A stretch of 63,943 bases of DNA, filler included, from Sphacelaria rigidula (lineage: Eukaryota), in assembly GCA_964200075.2 (NCBI GenBank). It is 10 parts of 10 records of this genome, joined end to end, with 100 filler letters (N's around TTAATTAATTAA, not from the genome) between each part and the next. Parts side by side here need not be neighbours in the genome. Positions count along the whole stretch, not along the records: positions 32,025 to 38,328 come from CAXNAA020020901.1; positions 38,429 to 44,732 come from CAXNAA020020902.1; positions 44,833 to 51,136 come from CAXNAA020020903.1; 7 more parts are not named here. The stretch is one strand, 5' to 3'. A program made the translations under genes and the position numbers. This document shows, piece by piece, positions 36,633 through 48,930 of this stretch. The number at the start of each line of letters is the position of its first letter. Position 1 is the first letter of the stretch. Below the pieces are notes generated by a model. That model did not search any database. It was not told the DNA's origin and was given only the letters and a program-made list of their open reading frames with translations.

Positions 36633-38428
36633 CTGGAATGTTTGGTCAGCACAACATACCGGATACAGTACACGGGAAACGAGGCGAGGACGATCAAGCA
36701 TAGTCAGCCACCAGTGATTGATTGTCGGCCCTCGTGCTCTCGCTCTCGTGCTCGTGACTGGGGCGGGGGCATGCGCGACATGGATAGTCGATTGGCTCTG
36801 TTTGAGAGATGCTGGAACACAATTACTGCCATGCTGCCGCTGCATTGGGGAAATAGCTACACCGTAGACAAACCCGGGGTTTCCTTGGAACCGGCATTAG
36901 AACAAGTGATACTGCAGACGGTATGGTACTGTACTTGACTTTGGCGATATCGCTGCGGTACAAGGTGTTTGGTTCCTGTACAGTGCGGCATTCTGCTATA
37001 ATATCGTGGATCCTACGATACGGTACTTCGGTGTGTGCTTTTTCAACGATACGGTACGAACGATACGGGGCCGGACGACTGTGGAACCTACACAGTGAAA
37101 TGAAATTATCGCGGTAGCTATGGGAACCAGAAACAACGGTGCCCTGTCACAGAGTATCGCGGCAGTTGGCAAGCTGCACTGTACGTACACAGTATGCTCG
37201 CATACTCGTTCGCGTGTTCAATCCATGTATTATTACAACCCTGACAGTCATCGCGCAGACACAGAAAGGGACTCTGCAAAAACATGACGAAATTCAGGCG
37301 CGGTGAAGGGGGTGGATCTCTTGTTTGAAAAAAAAGATACGCTAAGAATACTAACAAAATGAGGAGAAGAATAGGGGTTCGGGCCGTGGGGTAGATGGTA
37401 CCAAGTACTTCATCTTCGCGCTGCGTATGTGAACTATTCTAGTTGATTCTAGTGAATATTCTACTAACTACATGATCTTCATGTGGAGTGTTTCAAATAC
37501 TAGACTTCTGCACAGTGCTGAGTAGTGCTGTAGTAACCGGTCTTGAGAGTATCGGGACACTGGAGGAAGACCAGACACCGATGCAGGGCGAGGCTGAATC
37601 TGAAGGTACTACACACGCGCTAATGAGTGTGGTACGAACAACAGCACGTGGTGAAGCTCAAACTCGATCATTAGAGATGTTACACACGATTCAACGAGCG
37701 TGGTAGTATTGGCAGCATATCTTGGTTATTGAGCAGAGATGCGAGTATGTGCCATCATGTATGTGCGTATTTTCTTCGTGACCACCGGGATCTGATGATC
37801 TACTGCCGAATGTGAGAACTATAAATGGAAACGACAGGCGGATCTCTGTTTCTAACAATAATTTCATCCCGTGGACAACATATGGTCGACAGATCCAATA
37901 GACCAAAAATGTACTGGGTAAAGGATGGGTCTATTGGAACCTTTGTCGGATCGGTCCGACAATACAGTAGTTGCAATAGGCTCATACTGTATCCGGTTCT
38001 TTTTTTATCTGCTGCGTCTATTGACCATATATTGTCCGAGGTGTGAATAACTTCGAATGGATCGTGTGCAGTAGTGTCGGGGACTGCTTGATAAACTTGC
38101 CCATCAATCGGAAGCTAAGGGGAGTACAATAATGCAGCGCTATTTCCCAAAGCCCGCATGTCCCGCGCAGTACTGTACGTGGGAGGGTCCGGACTACGGA
38201 GGGATACTCGAGAGTTACCACTGCGGGATCAGAGAGACTTGCTCGCGCCAACAACTATTGTATCGTTCGCCACGAGCGCTTGGAGCTGACTATTGCGGTA
38301 AATCCCCCCCCCCCCCCCCCCGCTGTCCNNNNNNNNNNNNNNNNNNNNNNNNNNNNNNNNNNNNNNNNNNNNTTAATTAATTAANNNNNNNNNNNNNNNN
38401 NNNNNNNNNNNNNNNNNNNNNNNNNNNN

Positions 38429-41400
38429 GTGGAACATCATGAAGCAGCCGTGGAGGAGCAAATTGGGGTAGGTCACGTGTGATGATGTGCCGCCTGTTGC
38501 ATGCTGTGATGTGCTGTGCTGTGCCGTGCAATCTTGTACCGTGCTGTGCTTTGCTGTGCGTTGCTGTGCTTTGCTGTGCGTTGCTGTGCTGTGCTGTGTA
38601 CTGCTGTGTGTTGATATGCCGTACTGTGCTGTTGGGTTCCTTGTTGTGCTATGCTGTGCTGTGCTGTGTACTGCTACTTTCCCATGTGCCGTACTCTGCT
38701 ATGCCGTTCCGTGTTGTCCTGTGTTGTTATCACTTGTGCTATGCTTTGCCGTGCTGTGTTGTGCTGTGTTATGCTGCGCTGGGCCGCGCTGGGCTGCGTT
38801 GTGCTTTGCTGTGGCCGAGCGTCGGGTTTGCGATAAGCCTCTCATGCGTCTGCCGTCGACAGCTGCAAGGTTGCAGTGACTGGCGATCGCCAGCAGTTCA
38901 GGAGCGGAGAGAGGGCATGGGATGAGAAAGTTGCACGTGTGCATGGGTATCTGAGCGTTCGCCGCGTTCTCGATCCTCGCCGTGGACCATCATGAAGCAG
39001 CCGTGGAGGAGCAAATTGGGGTAGGTCACGTGTGATGATGTGCCGCCTGTTCCATGCTGTGTTGTGCTGTGCTGTGCCGTGCAATCTTGTACCGTGCTGT
39101 GCTTTGCTGTGCTTTGCTGTGCTGTGCTGTGTACTGCTGTGTGTTGATATGCCGTAGTGTGCTGTTGGGTTCCTTGTTGTGCTATGCTGTGCTGTGCTGT
39201 GTGCGGCTAAGCTCCCATGTTCCGTACTCTGCTATGCCGTTCCGTGTTGTCCTGTGTTGTTATCACTTGTGCTGTGCTCTGCCGTGCTGTGTTGTGCTGT
39301 GTTATGCTGCGCTGGGCCGCGCTGGGCTGCGTTGTGCTTTGCGCTGGCCGATCGTCGGGTTTGCGATCAGCCTCTCATGCGTCTGCCGTCGACAGCTGCA
39401 AGGTTGCAGTGACTGGCGATCGCCAGCAGTTCAGGAGCGGAGAGAGGGCATGAGATGAGAACGTTGCACGTGTGCATGGGTATCTGAGCGTTCGCCGCGT
39501 TCTCGATCCTCGCTGTGGACCATCGTAAAGCAGCCGTGGAGGAGCAAATTGGGGTAGGTCACGTGTGATGATGTGCCGCCTGTTCCATGCTGTGTTGTGC
39601 TGTGCTGTGCCGTGCAATCTTGTACCGTGCTGTGCTGCGCTGTGCTTTGCTGTGCTCTGCTGTGTTCTGCTGTGTGTTGATATGCCGTAGTGTGCTGTTG
39701 GGTTCCTTGTTGTGCTATGCTGTGCTGTGCTGTGTGCGGCAAAGTTCTCATGTGCCGTACTCTGCTATGCCGTTCCGTGTTGTGTTGTCTTGTTATACAT
39801 TGTGCTGTGCTCTGCCGTGCTGTGTTGTGCTGCGTTGCTGCGCTGGGCCGCGCTGGGCTGCGTTGTCCTTTGCTGTGGCCGATCTTCGGGTTCGCGTTAA
39901 TCCTCTCATGCGTCTGCCGTCGACAGCTGCAAGGTTGCAGGGACTGGCGATCGCCAGCAGTTCAGGAGCGGAGAGAGGGCATGAGATGAGAACGTTGCAC
40001 GTGTGCATGGGTATCTGAGCGTTCGCCGCGTTCTCGATCCTCGCTGTGGACCATCGTAGAGCAGCCGCGGAGAAGCAAATTGGGGTAGGTCACGTGTGAT
40101 GATGTGCCGCCTGTTCCATGCTGTGTTGTGCTGTGCTGTGCCGTGCAGTCTTGTACCGTGCTGTGCTGCGCTATGCTTTGCTGTGCTATGCGGTGTACTG
40201 CGGTGTGTTGATATGCCGTACTGTGCTGTTGGGTTCCTTGTTGTGCTGTGCTATGCTGTGCTGTGCCATGCCGTGCTGTGCTTTCTTGCGCTGGGCTGGG
40301 ACGGGCTGGGCTGCACTGTGCTGTGCTGTGGCCGCCTCTCAGGTTTGGGATGAGCCTCCCATGCGTCTACCGTCGACAGCTGCACCGTTGCAGTGACTGG
40401 CGAACACTAGCAGCTCAGCAGCGAACAGAGGGCATGGGATGTGGAAGCTCCGAGTGACGATGGGTATTTGAACGTTCGCCAAGGTCTGGGACCTCGCTGT
40501 CGACCAACGTGTGGCAGCCGTGGGGGAGCAACCCGGGGTAGGTCAGGTGTAAAGTGCGCGTTGTTCCGCGCTGTGCTGTGCTGTGCTATGCTGTGCTATG
40601 CTGTGCTGTGGTATGGTGTGGTGTGGTGTGGTGTGGTGTGTGGTCGTGTGGTTCGCTGTACGGTGGTGTGGTGTGCTGTGCTGTGCTGTGCTGTGATGTG
40701 CTTTGCTGAGCTGAGCTGTGCTTGGCTGTACTGTGGTGTGGTGTGGTGTGATGTGATGTGATGTGGTGTGCTGTGCTGTGGTGTGCTGTGGTGTGGTGTG
40801 GTGTGCTGTGCTATGCTGTGGTGTGGTGTGGTGTGGTTTGGTGTGCTCTAGTGTGGTGTGGTGTGGTGTGGTGTGCTGTGCTGTGCTGTTTGGTCGTGTG
40901 TTGTGGTGTGCTGTGCTGTGCGGTGCTGTGCTGTGTGGTGTGGTGTGCCATGGTGTGGTTCGCTGCACTGTGGTGTCGTGTGCTGTGGTGTGGCGTGCTG
41001 TGCTGTGCTGTGCTGTGCTGTGCTGTGCTGTGCTGTGCGTTGCTGTGCCGTCGTGTGTCGTGCTGTGGTGCGGTGCTGGCCTGGCTGCGCTGTGCTTTGC
41101 TGTGCTGTGCTGTGCTGTGTACTGCTTTGTTCCCATGTGCCGTACTCTGCTATGCCGTTCCGTGTTGTGTTGTATTGTTATCACTTGTGCTGTGCTCTTC
41201 CGTGCTGTGTTATGCTTTGTTATGCTGCGCTGGGCCGCGCTGGGCTGCGTTGTGCTGGGCTGTGGCCGATCTTCGGGTTCGCGATAAGCCTCTCATGCGT
41301 CTGCCCTCGATAGCTGCAAGGTTGCAGTGACTGGCGATCGCCAGCAGTTCAAGAGCGGAGAGAGGGCATGGGATGAGAAAGTTGCACGTGTGCATGGGTA

Positions 41401-44400
41401 TCTGAGCGCTCGCCGCGTTCTCGATCCTCGCTGTGGACCATCGTAAAGCAGCCGTGGAGGAGCAAATTGGGGGAGGTCACGTATGATGATGTGCCGCCTG
41501 TTCCATGCTGTGTTGTGCTGTGCTGTGCCATGCAATCTTGTACCGTGCTGTGCTGCGCTATGCTTTGCTGTGCTGTGCTGTGTACTGCTGTGTGTTGATA
41601 TGCCGTAGTGTGCTGTTGGGTTCCTTGTTGTGCTATGCTGTGCTGTGCTGCGCTGTGCCGTGCTGTGCTTTCTTGCGCCGGGCTGGGACGGGCTGGGCTG
41701 CACTGTGCTGTGCTGTGGCCGACCTTCATATTTGGGATACGCCTCCCATGCGTGTACCGTCGACAGCTGCACCGTTGCAGTGACTGGCGAACGCTAGCAG
41801 CTCAGCAGCGAACAGAGGGCATGGGATGGGAAAGCTCCGAGTGACGATGGGTATTTGAACGTTCGCCAAGGTCCCGAACCTCGCTGTCGACCAACGTGTG
41901 GCAGCCGTGGGGGAGCAACCCGGGGTAGGTCAGGTGTGAAGTGCGCGTTGTTCCGCGCTGTGCCTTGCTGTGGTGTGGTGTGGTGTGGTGTGGTGTGGTG
42001 TGGTGTGGTGTGGCTTGCTGTGGTGTGGTGTGGTATGGTGTGGTGTGGCGTGGCGTAGTGTGGCGTGGTGTGGTGTGGTGTGGTGTGGTGTGGTGTGGTT
42101 TGGTGTGCTCTAGTGTGGTGTGGTGTGCTGTGGCGTTCTTTGGTGTGCTGTGCTGTGTGGTCGTGTGTTGTGGTGTGGTGTGGTGTGATGTAATGTGGTG
42201 TGGTGTCGTGTGCCGTGGTGTGGTTCGCTGTACTGTGGTGTGCTTCGCTGTGGTGTGGTGTGCTGTGGTGTGCTGTGCTGTGGTGTGCTGTGGTGTGCTG
42301 TGGTGTGCTGTGCCGTGGTGTGTTGTGCTGTGCTGCTGTGCTGCGCTGGCTGTGCTGTGCCTTGCTGTGCTGTGCTGTGCTGTGTACTACTATGTTCTCA
42401 TGTGCCGTACCCTGCTATGCCGTTCCGTGTTGTCCTGTGTTGTTATCACTTGTGCTATGCTCTGCCGTGCTGTGTTATGCTGTGTTATGCTGCGCTGGGC
42501 CGCGCTGGACTGCGTTGTGCTGTGCTCTGGCCGATCTTCGGTTTTGCGATAAGCCTCTCATGCGTCTGCCGTCGACAGCTGCAAGGTTGCAGTGACTGGC
42601 GATCTCCAGCAGTTTAGGAGCGGATAGAGGGCATGAGATGAGAAAGGTACACGTGTGCATGGGTATCTGAGCATTCGCCGCGTTCTCGATCCTCGCTGTG
42701 GACCATCGTGAAGCAGTCGTGGAGGAGAAAATGGGGATAGGTCACGTGTGATGATGTGCCGCCTGTTCCATGCTGTGTTGTGCTGTGCTGTGCCGTGCAA
42801 TCTTGTACCGTGCTGTGCTTTGCTTTGCTGTGCTGTGCTGTGCTGTGCTGTGTACTGATGTGTGTTGGTATGCCGTACGGTGCTGTTGGGTCCCTTGTTG
42901 TGCTGTGCTGTGCTTTGCTGGCCCGAGCTGTGCCTGGCTGTACTGTGGTGTGGTGTGGTGTGTTGTGGTGTACTGTAGTGTGGTGTGGTGTGGTGTGGTG
43001 GGATGGGGTGGGGTGTGGTTTGCTCTGCTGTGGCTTGCTGTGCTGTGCTGTGCTGTGCTCTGCTGTGCTGTGCTGTGGTATCCAATGCTGTGCTGTGCTG
43101 TGCTGTGCTGTGCTCTGCTGTGCTGTGCTGTGCTGTGCTGTGCTCTGCTGTGCTGTGCTGTGTACTGCTATGTTCTCATGTGCCGTACCCTGCTATGCCG
43201 TTCCGTGTTGTTCTGTGTTGTTATCACTTGTGCTATGCTCTGCCGTGCTGTGTTGTGCTGTGTTGCTGCGCTGGGCAGCGCTGGGCTGCGTTGTGCTTTG
43301 CTGTGGCTGATCTTCGGGTTTGCGATAAGCCTCTCATGCGTCTGCCGTCGACAGCTGCAAGGTTGCAGTGACTGGCGATCTCCAGCAGTTCACGAGCGGA
43401 GAGATTGCATGAGATGGGAAAGTTGCACGTGTGCATGGGTATCTGAGCGTTCGCCGCGTTCTCGATCCTCGCTGTGGACCATCGTGAAGCAGCCGTGGAG
43501 GAGCAAATTGAGGTATGTCACGTGTGATGATGTGCCGCCTGTTCCATGCTGTGTTGTGCTGTGCTGTGCCGTGCAATCTTGTACCTTGCTGTGCTGCGCT
43601 GTGCTTTACTGTGCTCTACTGTGCTGTGCTGTGTACTGCTGTGTGTTGATATGCCGTACTGTGCTGTTGGGTTCCTTGTTGTACTGTGCTATGCTGTGCT
43701 GTGCTGTCTACTGCTATGTTCCCATGTGCCGTACCCTGCTATGCCGTTCCGTGTTGTCCTGTGTTGTTATTACTTGTGCTATGCTCTGCCGTGCTGTGTT
43801 GTGCTGTGTTATGCTGCGCTGGGCCGCGCTGGACTGCGTTGTGCTTTGCTCTGGCCGATCTTCGGGTTTGCGATAAGCCTCTCATGCGTCTCCCATCGAC
43901 AGCTGCAAGGTTGCAGTGACTGGCGATCGCCAGCAGTTCAGGAGCGGAGAAAGGGCATGACATGAGAAAGTTGCACGTGTGCATGGGTATCTGAGCGTTC
44001 GCCGCGTTCTCGATCCTCGCTGTGGACCATCGTAAAGCAGTCGTGGAGGAGCAAATTGGGGTAGGTCACGTGTGATGATGTGCCGCCTGTTCCATGCTGT
44101 GTTGTGCTGTGCTGTGCCGTGCAATCTTGTACCGTGCTGTGCTTTGCTGTGCTTGCTGTGCTGTGCTGTGCTGTGTACTGCTGTGTGTTGATATGTCGTA
44201 CTGTGCTGTTGCGTTCCTCGTTGTGCTGTGCTGTGCTGTGCTGTGCCGTGCGGTGCTGTGCTTCCTTGCGCTGGGCTGGGACGGGCTGGGCTGCACTGTG
44301 CTGTGCTGTGGCCGAACTTCAGGTTCGGGATGAGCCTCCCATGCGTGTACCGTCGATGGCTGCACCGTTGCAGCGACTGGCGAACACTAGCAGCTCAGCA

Positions 44401-44660
44401 GCGAACATAGGGCATGGGATGTGGAAGTTCCGAGTGACGCTGGATATTTGAACGTTCGCCGAGGTCTGGAACCTCGCTGTCGACCAACGTGTAGAAGCCG
44501 TCGAGGAGCAACTCGGGGTAGGTCAGGTGTGAAGTGCGCGTTGTTCCGCGCTGCGCTGTGCTTTGCTGTGCTATGCTGTGCTGTACTGTGTTTTGCTGAG
44601 CTGAGCTGTGCTCAGCTGTTCTGTGGTGTTGTGTGGCGTGGTGTGGTGTGGCTTGCTGTA
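38429..44660. repeat. Complex satellite: ~230-bp conserved cores (two subtypes) separated by (TGTGC)n/(TGTGG)n-rich linkers; basic unit ~540 bp
   Basis: Cores near 38820, 39360, 39890, 40340, 41280, 41730, 42550, 43320, 43870 and 44330. Confidence 0.95.
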
Positions 44661-44832
44661 TTCCTTGGCTCAGGCACAGGATAATGGTTTGAGATATTTC
44701 ATTGAAGAGCACCCAAGTTCTACTGTAACTCGNNNNNNNNNNNNNNNNNNNNNNNNNNNNNNNNNNNNNNNNNNNNTTAATTAATTAANNNNNNNNNNNN
44801 NNNNNNNNNNNNNNNNNNNNNNNNNNNNNNNN

Positions 44833-47800
44833 TCTGACCCAAAGGGGGCAGGCAGCTGGATTCAATCAAACAATGTAGTATGACCCGTCGGGTACCAAGC
44901 ATGACAAGTATGACAAATGGAACCCAGTCGACTGGAACATGACCAATAAATCTGTAACATGTAGACGAAATGATGACAGCACTGAGGGACTTTGATACGA
45001 ATACCTCCGTAGCTGTAACACCCGCCCGTTTTGGGATAGGGTTTGTACGTGGAGTAACGACTAGGGCTCGGTATCACGTCAAAGTCCTTCATAGAGGGAA
45101 TTTGGTGGGGTAATGGCAATCACTGAAATGTATGAGGAGGAAGACATTGAAATGCAGTACGCCAACTCCATTGGTATGAAAAGCAGTCAGCGGTTTGTGA
45201 AAAAGGGTAGGGATCCTTCTTTTTATGAACCTGTTGACTCTCGCGAGGCCAAGGATGCTGCTAGAAAAGCACTTGGACCTTTTTGTTTGAACTGTGGAAG
45301 TGAGGATCATATATATGCTGGCTAGAGAATGTCCACACGAATTTATGAATAAATCTGGAATCATCCACCATGGAATTGGAAACGGCACGTCATAAGAAGC
45401 GTCATCCAAATGGCGACGGTGGCAGCGAAGAATGTGTGACTCCATCGTAATAGGAACAGTCATTGAGGATGCGACGGTGAAGCATAGGCCAATTTCACCG
45501 ACAGCACCTCGGCCCGCTATATTAACTAGAGGACCTGAGCCTCTCGCAGATAATGCAAGTACAAGTAGCGGTACTGTGTTTAGTTCGCACGGTCCAACTA
45601 GCTCAGCCACACACGGGAAGAAAACTAGTTGGGGGAACGGAGGAGATCCGTTTCAAGAAGGTAAGCTTAGCCATTCCGTTGAAACGTTGGAATCCAGCAC
45701 GGTGACAGATCATCCCCGCAACGGTATTCTGAAGGTTGGAAAGAAATCACAATGCTTTACAGATGAAAATGTCAACCAGTCTGTAGGCAATTTATTGCAG
45801 ACGGGTGCAAGTAAGGCCTCAGTGTTGAAATCTTGCGTGGCTTTCCAGTCTGGCCGTCGGGATAATGTGTCGAGTAGGGGTAGCTCCCCTAGTTGCGCGT
45901 CATTTCTAGACAATATTTTATGTGAAAGAAAAACATCGAGTGCAAAAGCATGCAGCCGAGTTGTATCAGTTGAGCCTTCGGTCGCCGCTAGGGTCATGGA
46001 TGAGCCCGATATGATTGTACAGTCAGATAGTACAGAGCACCCAATAGAACCAGTAAGCATCCAGTGTGAGATAAGAATTCCGCATGGTCGAGAAAAGAAT
46101 CAAATTAAATGTCGCTACCCATTTGGACCGGGGACCACATGCCAGGATATTCGCGCCGAAAGTTCCCCCGTGCAAGGCAGACCCGCCCGCACCGGGATGA
46201 ACAGTAATATTAGATACCTATTTGAACGGAATTATAATTCTCCCGCCGAATCTAAAACCCCTGAGGTGATTGATGGATTGATTGATTGTCGCACTTTAAC
46301 TGACCCCCCAGGGGTCCAGCCGTGGTCTCATGATAGACGTACCCCAAAAAAGCGAAACTGAGTGCACGGTAAAAATGCCCGTGACAGTCGGGAAAATAGA
46401 AACGCTCCGGCAGGGGGAAAGAAGAATTGCCCCGGCGAAATTTCCACTGGGCAAGATGAACGCAAACGTTCCAGTTCGACAATTAGTAGCATTCAAGCAG
46501 GCAAAAAGAAAATTTCTTTAAGGAGAGACTCCGAGGTGCCTAGCCGATCAGCGTGCAACAGTCGGGGCGGCAGTAAGATAGGTCAGGACGATCAAGCGCA
46601 GCTTGTTCTACTCTCGATCTGGCGACCGTGCACGAAAGTGGATCAGCTGATGACGGTAACGATGTGCAGGATTGCATGACAATTGATTCTCCCGATAGTA
46701 CCGCTGAGGCATCACGAGATACTTTATGTAAAAAAAAGTGATGCATCTTCGTGTTGCGTCGTGCGTAGTGTACTTGTACAAAATGGTAACGACCCAAGTA
46801 GGACACCAGTTGAAAGTATTTACGCGCTGGACCCGAAAACTGGCAGTCGTTTGCCTACAGAGCCAGTTTCTGCCCGCGTGCCGCGACAATATCTAGTCAC
46901 GTTGCGCGAGGGAGGAAAGGACCTTGGAAGAAATTCCTCAAGCGATGGGGGGGAAGTGAGGTTAAACCGCAACGAAAGTTCGACCTGGGCACAAGTTTTC
47001 TCAGGCCCGAAGGCGACTAGAACCTTGGAGACTGAGGCTTTGGTAGACACGGGGAGTCCGGCGACGTTTATTCATTACAATATATGGAAATTATATGGTT
47101 GATGTCGGGGCGGCTACCATCGAGGGTACCCCGGAGATAGACCCTGTATCCTGGGGTGGTTTCAATGGTGTCCCGTTGTGTACTTATTCACAGGTGCGGT
47201 TAAATACTCGACTAAGGCCTAGAAGACCCAACCCACGAATGTCAGTTCAAACTGGACGAGCGTTTTTGACAATGTATGCCCATGTTGTACCTGATGGAAA
47301 AATGAACTATAACGTTCTAGTAGGACGTGATGGCGTAGGTTTATTTCCGGTCAGAACGTATCGTGATGTAAACCAACGAGAAACAGTCATGGCCTTGCAA
47401 GAAAGTAATGTCGACTCCGTTGATCGTACGTTTGCGGAACAAGTCCGCAGTGCTTTTGGCTTCGTTGAACCAAAATCATCGACAGCTCAAGTTACAGTAG
47501 TGTACAACGGATCTCAGGTTATGGTACGATCTGATACATTGTCATGGGTTCCTGTCAAACTCTGTAACATGGACGGAACACCTATTGAGGGTGGCTCTTA
47601 TTATGTAACTCTGGATCCAGATTGATCTCCACATGACATTGTTATAGAAGCAGGTGAATCCATCATCCCTCTCCGTTATACCGGTTTAGAAGGACAGATA
47701 TTGACTCCGACCACCGCCCTAGGTTTTGCTAGAGCACCTTTAGTACCATGCTCTCTGGAGGACGTTCAAATCTCTGAAACAACGGAGCCGGAACCCGAGG

Positions 47801-48930
47801 AGGTATTCGCAGTAGACCAGCATTTAGAAGACCCTCCAGTCTTAGCAGGCTTGGACGGTGAGCAACAACAAGCGTTTAAGGATATGTGGGTGAAACTTCC
47901 CACACATATTCGAGAAATAAAGTTTAGGTTGGAAGGTGCGTATTGGACGGTTAATGGCATCAAGAATTTGGGAGAACTCTTGTGCAAATATTCACATCGA
48001 TTTTCCAAGGACAAAATGGATTTGGCGTATTGCATGGTGGATCCGTTTAAGAGTGAACTCAAACCGGGAACGAGGCCCGTAAAACAGCGCCCGTATCGGC
48101 ATAACCCGGCGGTCCATACGGAAGTACAAGCGGAAATCGATCGCATATTGGCCGCAGGCATATTGAGGAGATCATATTCCAATTGGAGTATCGCGCTCGT
48201 AGAGGTGAACAAAGCGGATGGGTCCATTCGGATCACGTGCAACTACAAGAAGCTTAATGAAAGTACGATAATTTCGTTGTTACCAATTCCAATTATTGAG
48301 GAACTCCTAGATGAACTGGGGGGTGCCAAAATATTCTCATGTTCGGACATCACCTCCGGGTATTTCAACGTAGCTATACACGAGGACTCCATCCCGTTGA
48401 CGGCGATTTGCACGCAGGGTGGTATATATGAATGGTTGGTCATGCCTATGGGATGTAGCGAAAGTTCAGGTTGGTTCCAGTCTATCATGATGACAAGAAT
48501 ATGTGATGGTTTTGCACGATGTCGCCCATATATAGTGACGATATGTGTACATCCAGTGGAACAGGAGGACAAAATGTAGAGGACTTGGAAGGTCTTCTTC
48601 AACGGCTGGCCAAGTAAAATCTCAAGTTAGCACCGAAAAAGGCGCACGTGGGGACGAGAGAAACTGAATGTTTAGGACATCACATCTCCGCTGATGGGAT
48701 TTCCCCGGATCAGGAGAAGGTACAGGCTCTCAACAAGAGGCCAATGCCGTCTGATGTATCTCAGCTCAGATCGTTGTTGGGAGGTTTGGGGTACTACCGG
48801 AAATTCATTCCTCGTATGGCTGCAAGACTCAAACCTCTGACGCAGCTGTTGAAGAAGGGGCTTTGTTTTGAGTTTACCCAGAAGCATAAATCTATAGCCA
48901 AGAGGTGGTCACAAATCCTATCCGAGAGGG
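44833..48930 (+). mobile_element. Decayed Ty3/gypsy gag-pol (zinc knuckle, protease, RT), truncated before RNase H and integrase
   Basis: CLNCGSEDHIYAG*ECP (CCHC, ~45285), ALVDTGSPATFI (~47040), PVKQRPYR, RITCNYKKLN, FSCSDITSGYF, YEWLVMPMG, LGHHISADGISPDQEKV, LRSLLGGLGYYRKFIP. Frameshifts are present and the YxDD motif is degraded. Confidence 0.93.

Noticed and set aside
38820..39050. Hammerhead ribozyme, C/D snoRNA or shuffled-exon role for the satellite core
   Set aside because: No CTGANGA/GAAA core with stems is visible, TGATGA and CTGA are in the wrong order within a core, and candidate + strand exons contain stops.
38429..44660. Cys-rich ORFs and a CRISPR-like repeat/spacer appearance
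   Set aside because: The ORFs are translations of TGTGC/TGTGG microsatellites. Cores are ~230 bp, linkers are homologous rather than unique spacers, and no cas genes are present.
45432..46361. 309-aa ORF as an independent gene
   Set aside because: It lies between the gag zinc knuckle and the protease of a decayed gypsy element and runs into a dispersed repeat.
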